From Chiloscyllium plagiosum (Eukaryota), in contig NC_057710.1 in NCBI RefSeq assembly GCF_004010195.1, forward strand, positions 151,211,478 through 151,274,697: a stretch of 63,220 nt of DNA, given 5' to 3'. The translations under genes and the position numbers were made by a program. Below are positions 60,741 through 63,220 of this stretch, piece by piece (the stretch's first letter is position 1; the number at the start of each line of letters is the position of its first letter). The notes under the pieces were generated by a model that saw only the letters and a program-made list of their open reading frames with translations, was not told the origin of the DNA and ran no database searches.

Positions 60741-62664
60741 TCAGTAGACAACGATGCATATGGCTTCTCAATCAGCTTCCAGCCAGAAACTATAAAATGT
60801 ACAAACAAAAACAACTAAGTGACAAAGAATGCATCTTTGGAGCAGGATCTGAATGAATAAGATAAACATTATACTACTATACATCATCCAGTTAAACTAG
60901 TCATATAATGCACAAATTACAATTGCATTAAGTGTAAATGTTCATTTAAAAATCAATTATAAATGAATAATTAATACAGCCTGGTAATTCTTTTGCTATA
61001 TAAATGTCCAAAATCAAGCAATTGAACATTTGATGATGAAAATTGTACACTGCAAATCCCAACGCCACTCGATAAAATGTTTAGGCAGCATTCTGTATCA
61101 GGTAATTTCCCATAGTTTCTGCTCACATCACATCTCTTGCCAACTGACTGAAACAGGAGGGGATCATGTAGTAATTCATGGAATAAATATTCTTCCTTTC
61201 CCCAGTGGCGAAGGTTATGACGGAAGCAGTCTAGAAGAGCAGCAAGCTGGATAACTGCAAAGTACTTCTTTTATGTTAGGAAACTTTAGAATATATTGCA
61301 CTTTAAGCGAGGAAATAACCAGCTGCAAAAGAGTGAAATATAGCATACCTGTTTAAGGGAATGTCTTTTTTTTCTGACTTTAAGTCTTTAAGTGCAGTGG
61401 TTAATTGCCTGTAATGTACATTTTAGTCTTGTAATCAATGAATTTGAATCCTTTCTCATTTGCTTGGCTATAATTTAGGGAAGTTTATCTCCCCCACCCC
61501 AGTTTGGTCTTGGAATGTGCACTCGAGATCATCTTCTGAAATTTCTTTGGAGCTATTCTGGGCCATTTGGAGGGAGTGGTCAGCAGGTTTTTATCCCCCC
61601 CGCCCCAGTCTGCTGGATATGACTTTGCAGGCTGTTAATAAAATGGACTCCACTGCGATTAATCTCTGCTCAGGAAGAAGAGCTGTTGAGACTATAGGTC
61701 CAACACCTAGTTACTGTGCTACGAGAACTCAAACTTGGACTTAATTGCACCTCATCACCTGCAGCACATCAATGCAATTCTTCTAATGTGGGGCAGAGTG
61801 GGGAGCTGTATTTTCTTTCTGAAGGACGAATACAATACTCCAGAATAGTTTTTATTCTATACTGGACTACTTTTTGGTTGCATATCAAGGCACTGATCAG
61901 CTGAGCCTTTTTTTTCCAATCAGACTTTCATATTTCATAAAACAAACAAAGGTCAATACCCAAGAGGATGGCAGTTTTGATTCAAAGAGAGTTAGGTTTC
62001 AACCTCAAGTTAGTGAAAAGTGTAACAATATGACAGTAACTTTAGCATCCAAATGCCTGAAAGTATACAAACTTCAGAAGTACAGTACTTAATTAGCTGT
62101 AAAGTGTTATAAAGACATGTGGTGGTCATGAAACATGACACAGTAGATGCAAGTCTTTTTGTTTATTTCTCCAGCAACTCCCTGTTGATTCCTTCTCATC
62201 TATTTCCACTCTCTTATATCAATCAAACGTCACTCACCAAAGTTATGAATAAACGTCTGTAGTTTTGAAACATTACATGTGGCCTCCTTTACTTCTCAGT
62301 AGCTTTTAAAATACCATTCTTGTCCAATATCTTTCAGCTATCAAGCTCAGTTGGACTGACTTCACTGGCTTCCAATTACCCATCCAACTGTGATTTCACC
62401 AATCCCAGCAATAACCTTTATTCCTGCATGTGTAGCATTATTCTCCTGAGTCTCCAGAAATCTTTTATCCCCTAAATGTGTTTTATACTTAATTAATTTT
62501 ACAGAATAATTATCTGCATGTTTAGCATTGTTGTGGCTGAAGAGGTAAATTTAGAGAAATTGTTTAAATGAAGGAAATTATGACCTTCTTATCCTGGTAG
62601 AAAACAATTTACTTCTGGACTAAAAACACACATCCTTTCCGTTACAAATCTATCTCTACATCCC

Positions 62665-63220
62665 ATGGGCAGGGGAATGTCTATGGATATTGTTTATATG
62701 TATTTCCAGAATGTTTTTGATAAAGTCCAACGTAAGAGACTGTTAACTCAGAATTGAGGGAAAATTTCTGAAATGGCTAGGAAATTGGTTGAGTGGTAGA
62801 CAGTAGGGATAATGGGTAAGTACTCCAATTAGCAGAATATGATGAGTGGTGCCCCACAAGGATCTGGGTCAGGGCCTCAATTATTCATATTATATATTAA
62901 TGACTTGACTAATGGCATAGAAAGTCATATCTAAATTTGCTGATGACACAAAGTTAGGCAGTGTAGATAATAGCATAAAATTACAAAGGGACATTGATAG
63001 ACAAAGTAAATGGGCAAAACTTTGGCAGATGGAGTTCAATGTAAGCCAGTGGCTATCTATTTTGGACTGAAAAAGGAGAGATCAGGGTGCTTTCTGGGTG
63101 GTATGAAGTTACATACAGTGGGTGTCCAAAAAGACTTGGGAGTTCAGGTGCATAGGTCTTTAAAATGTCACAAACGTGTCAGAAAGTAATCAAAAAAACT
63201 AACGTCGGCCATTAATTATA
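62665..63220 (+). mobile_element. CR1 LINE RT fragment running off the window end
   Basis: DIVYMYFQNVFDKV, SGAPQGSGSGPQLFILYINDL, KFADDTK, KWAKLWQMEFNV motifs. Confidence 0.88.

Noticed and set aside
52542-63220. Next upstream NR3C2 exon (FAPDL-containing)
   Set aside because: Not found by eye or in the ORF track; probably beyond the window.
1-63220. CRISPR array, prokaryotic operon or defence system
   Set aside because: Sequence is vertebrate with spliced genes; no regularly spaced repeat-spacer array or bacterial-style ORF cluster is present.

Overview
Repeat-rich vertebrate genomic DNA, most likely from a shark or other cartilaginous fish, judged from HE1-type SINEs, HER1/CR1 LINEs and the receptor sequence. 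Two genes converge tail-to-tail. On the + strand are the last two coding exons (SH3 domain) of a GRAF-family RhoGAP, best matching ARHGAP10. On the - strand are the last three coding exons (131, 158 and 156 bp; ligand-binding domain) of a corticosteroid receptor, best matching the mineralocorticoid receptor NR3C2. The rest is introns, UTR and intergenic DNA filled with CR1, L2 and Rex-type LINE fragments, SINEs, probable solo LTRs and Penelope-like elements. The most notable hidden structure is a dispersed set of minimal hammerhead-ribozyme motifs (CTGANGA-stem II-GAA-palindrome-H) in two short Penelope-derived families, often arranged as inverted dimers. There are also several fold-back hairpins and a 1065-bp near-perfect duplication separated by a young LTR-like end. 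Almost all ORFs in the supplied track are repeat-derived or spurious. All family assignments are from recall, not database searches.
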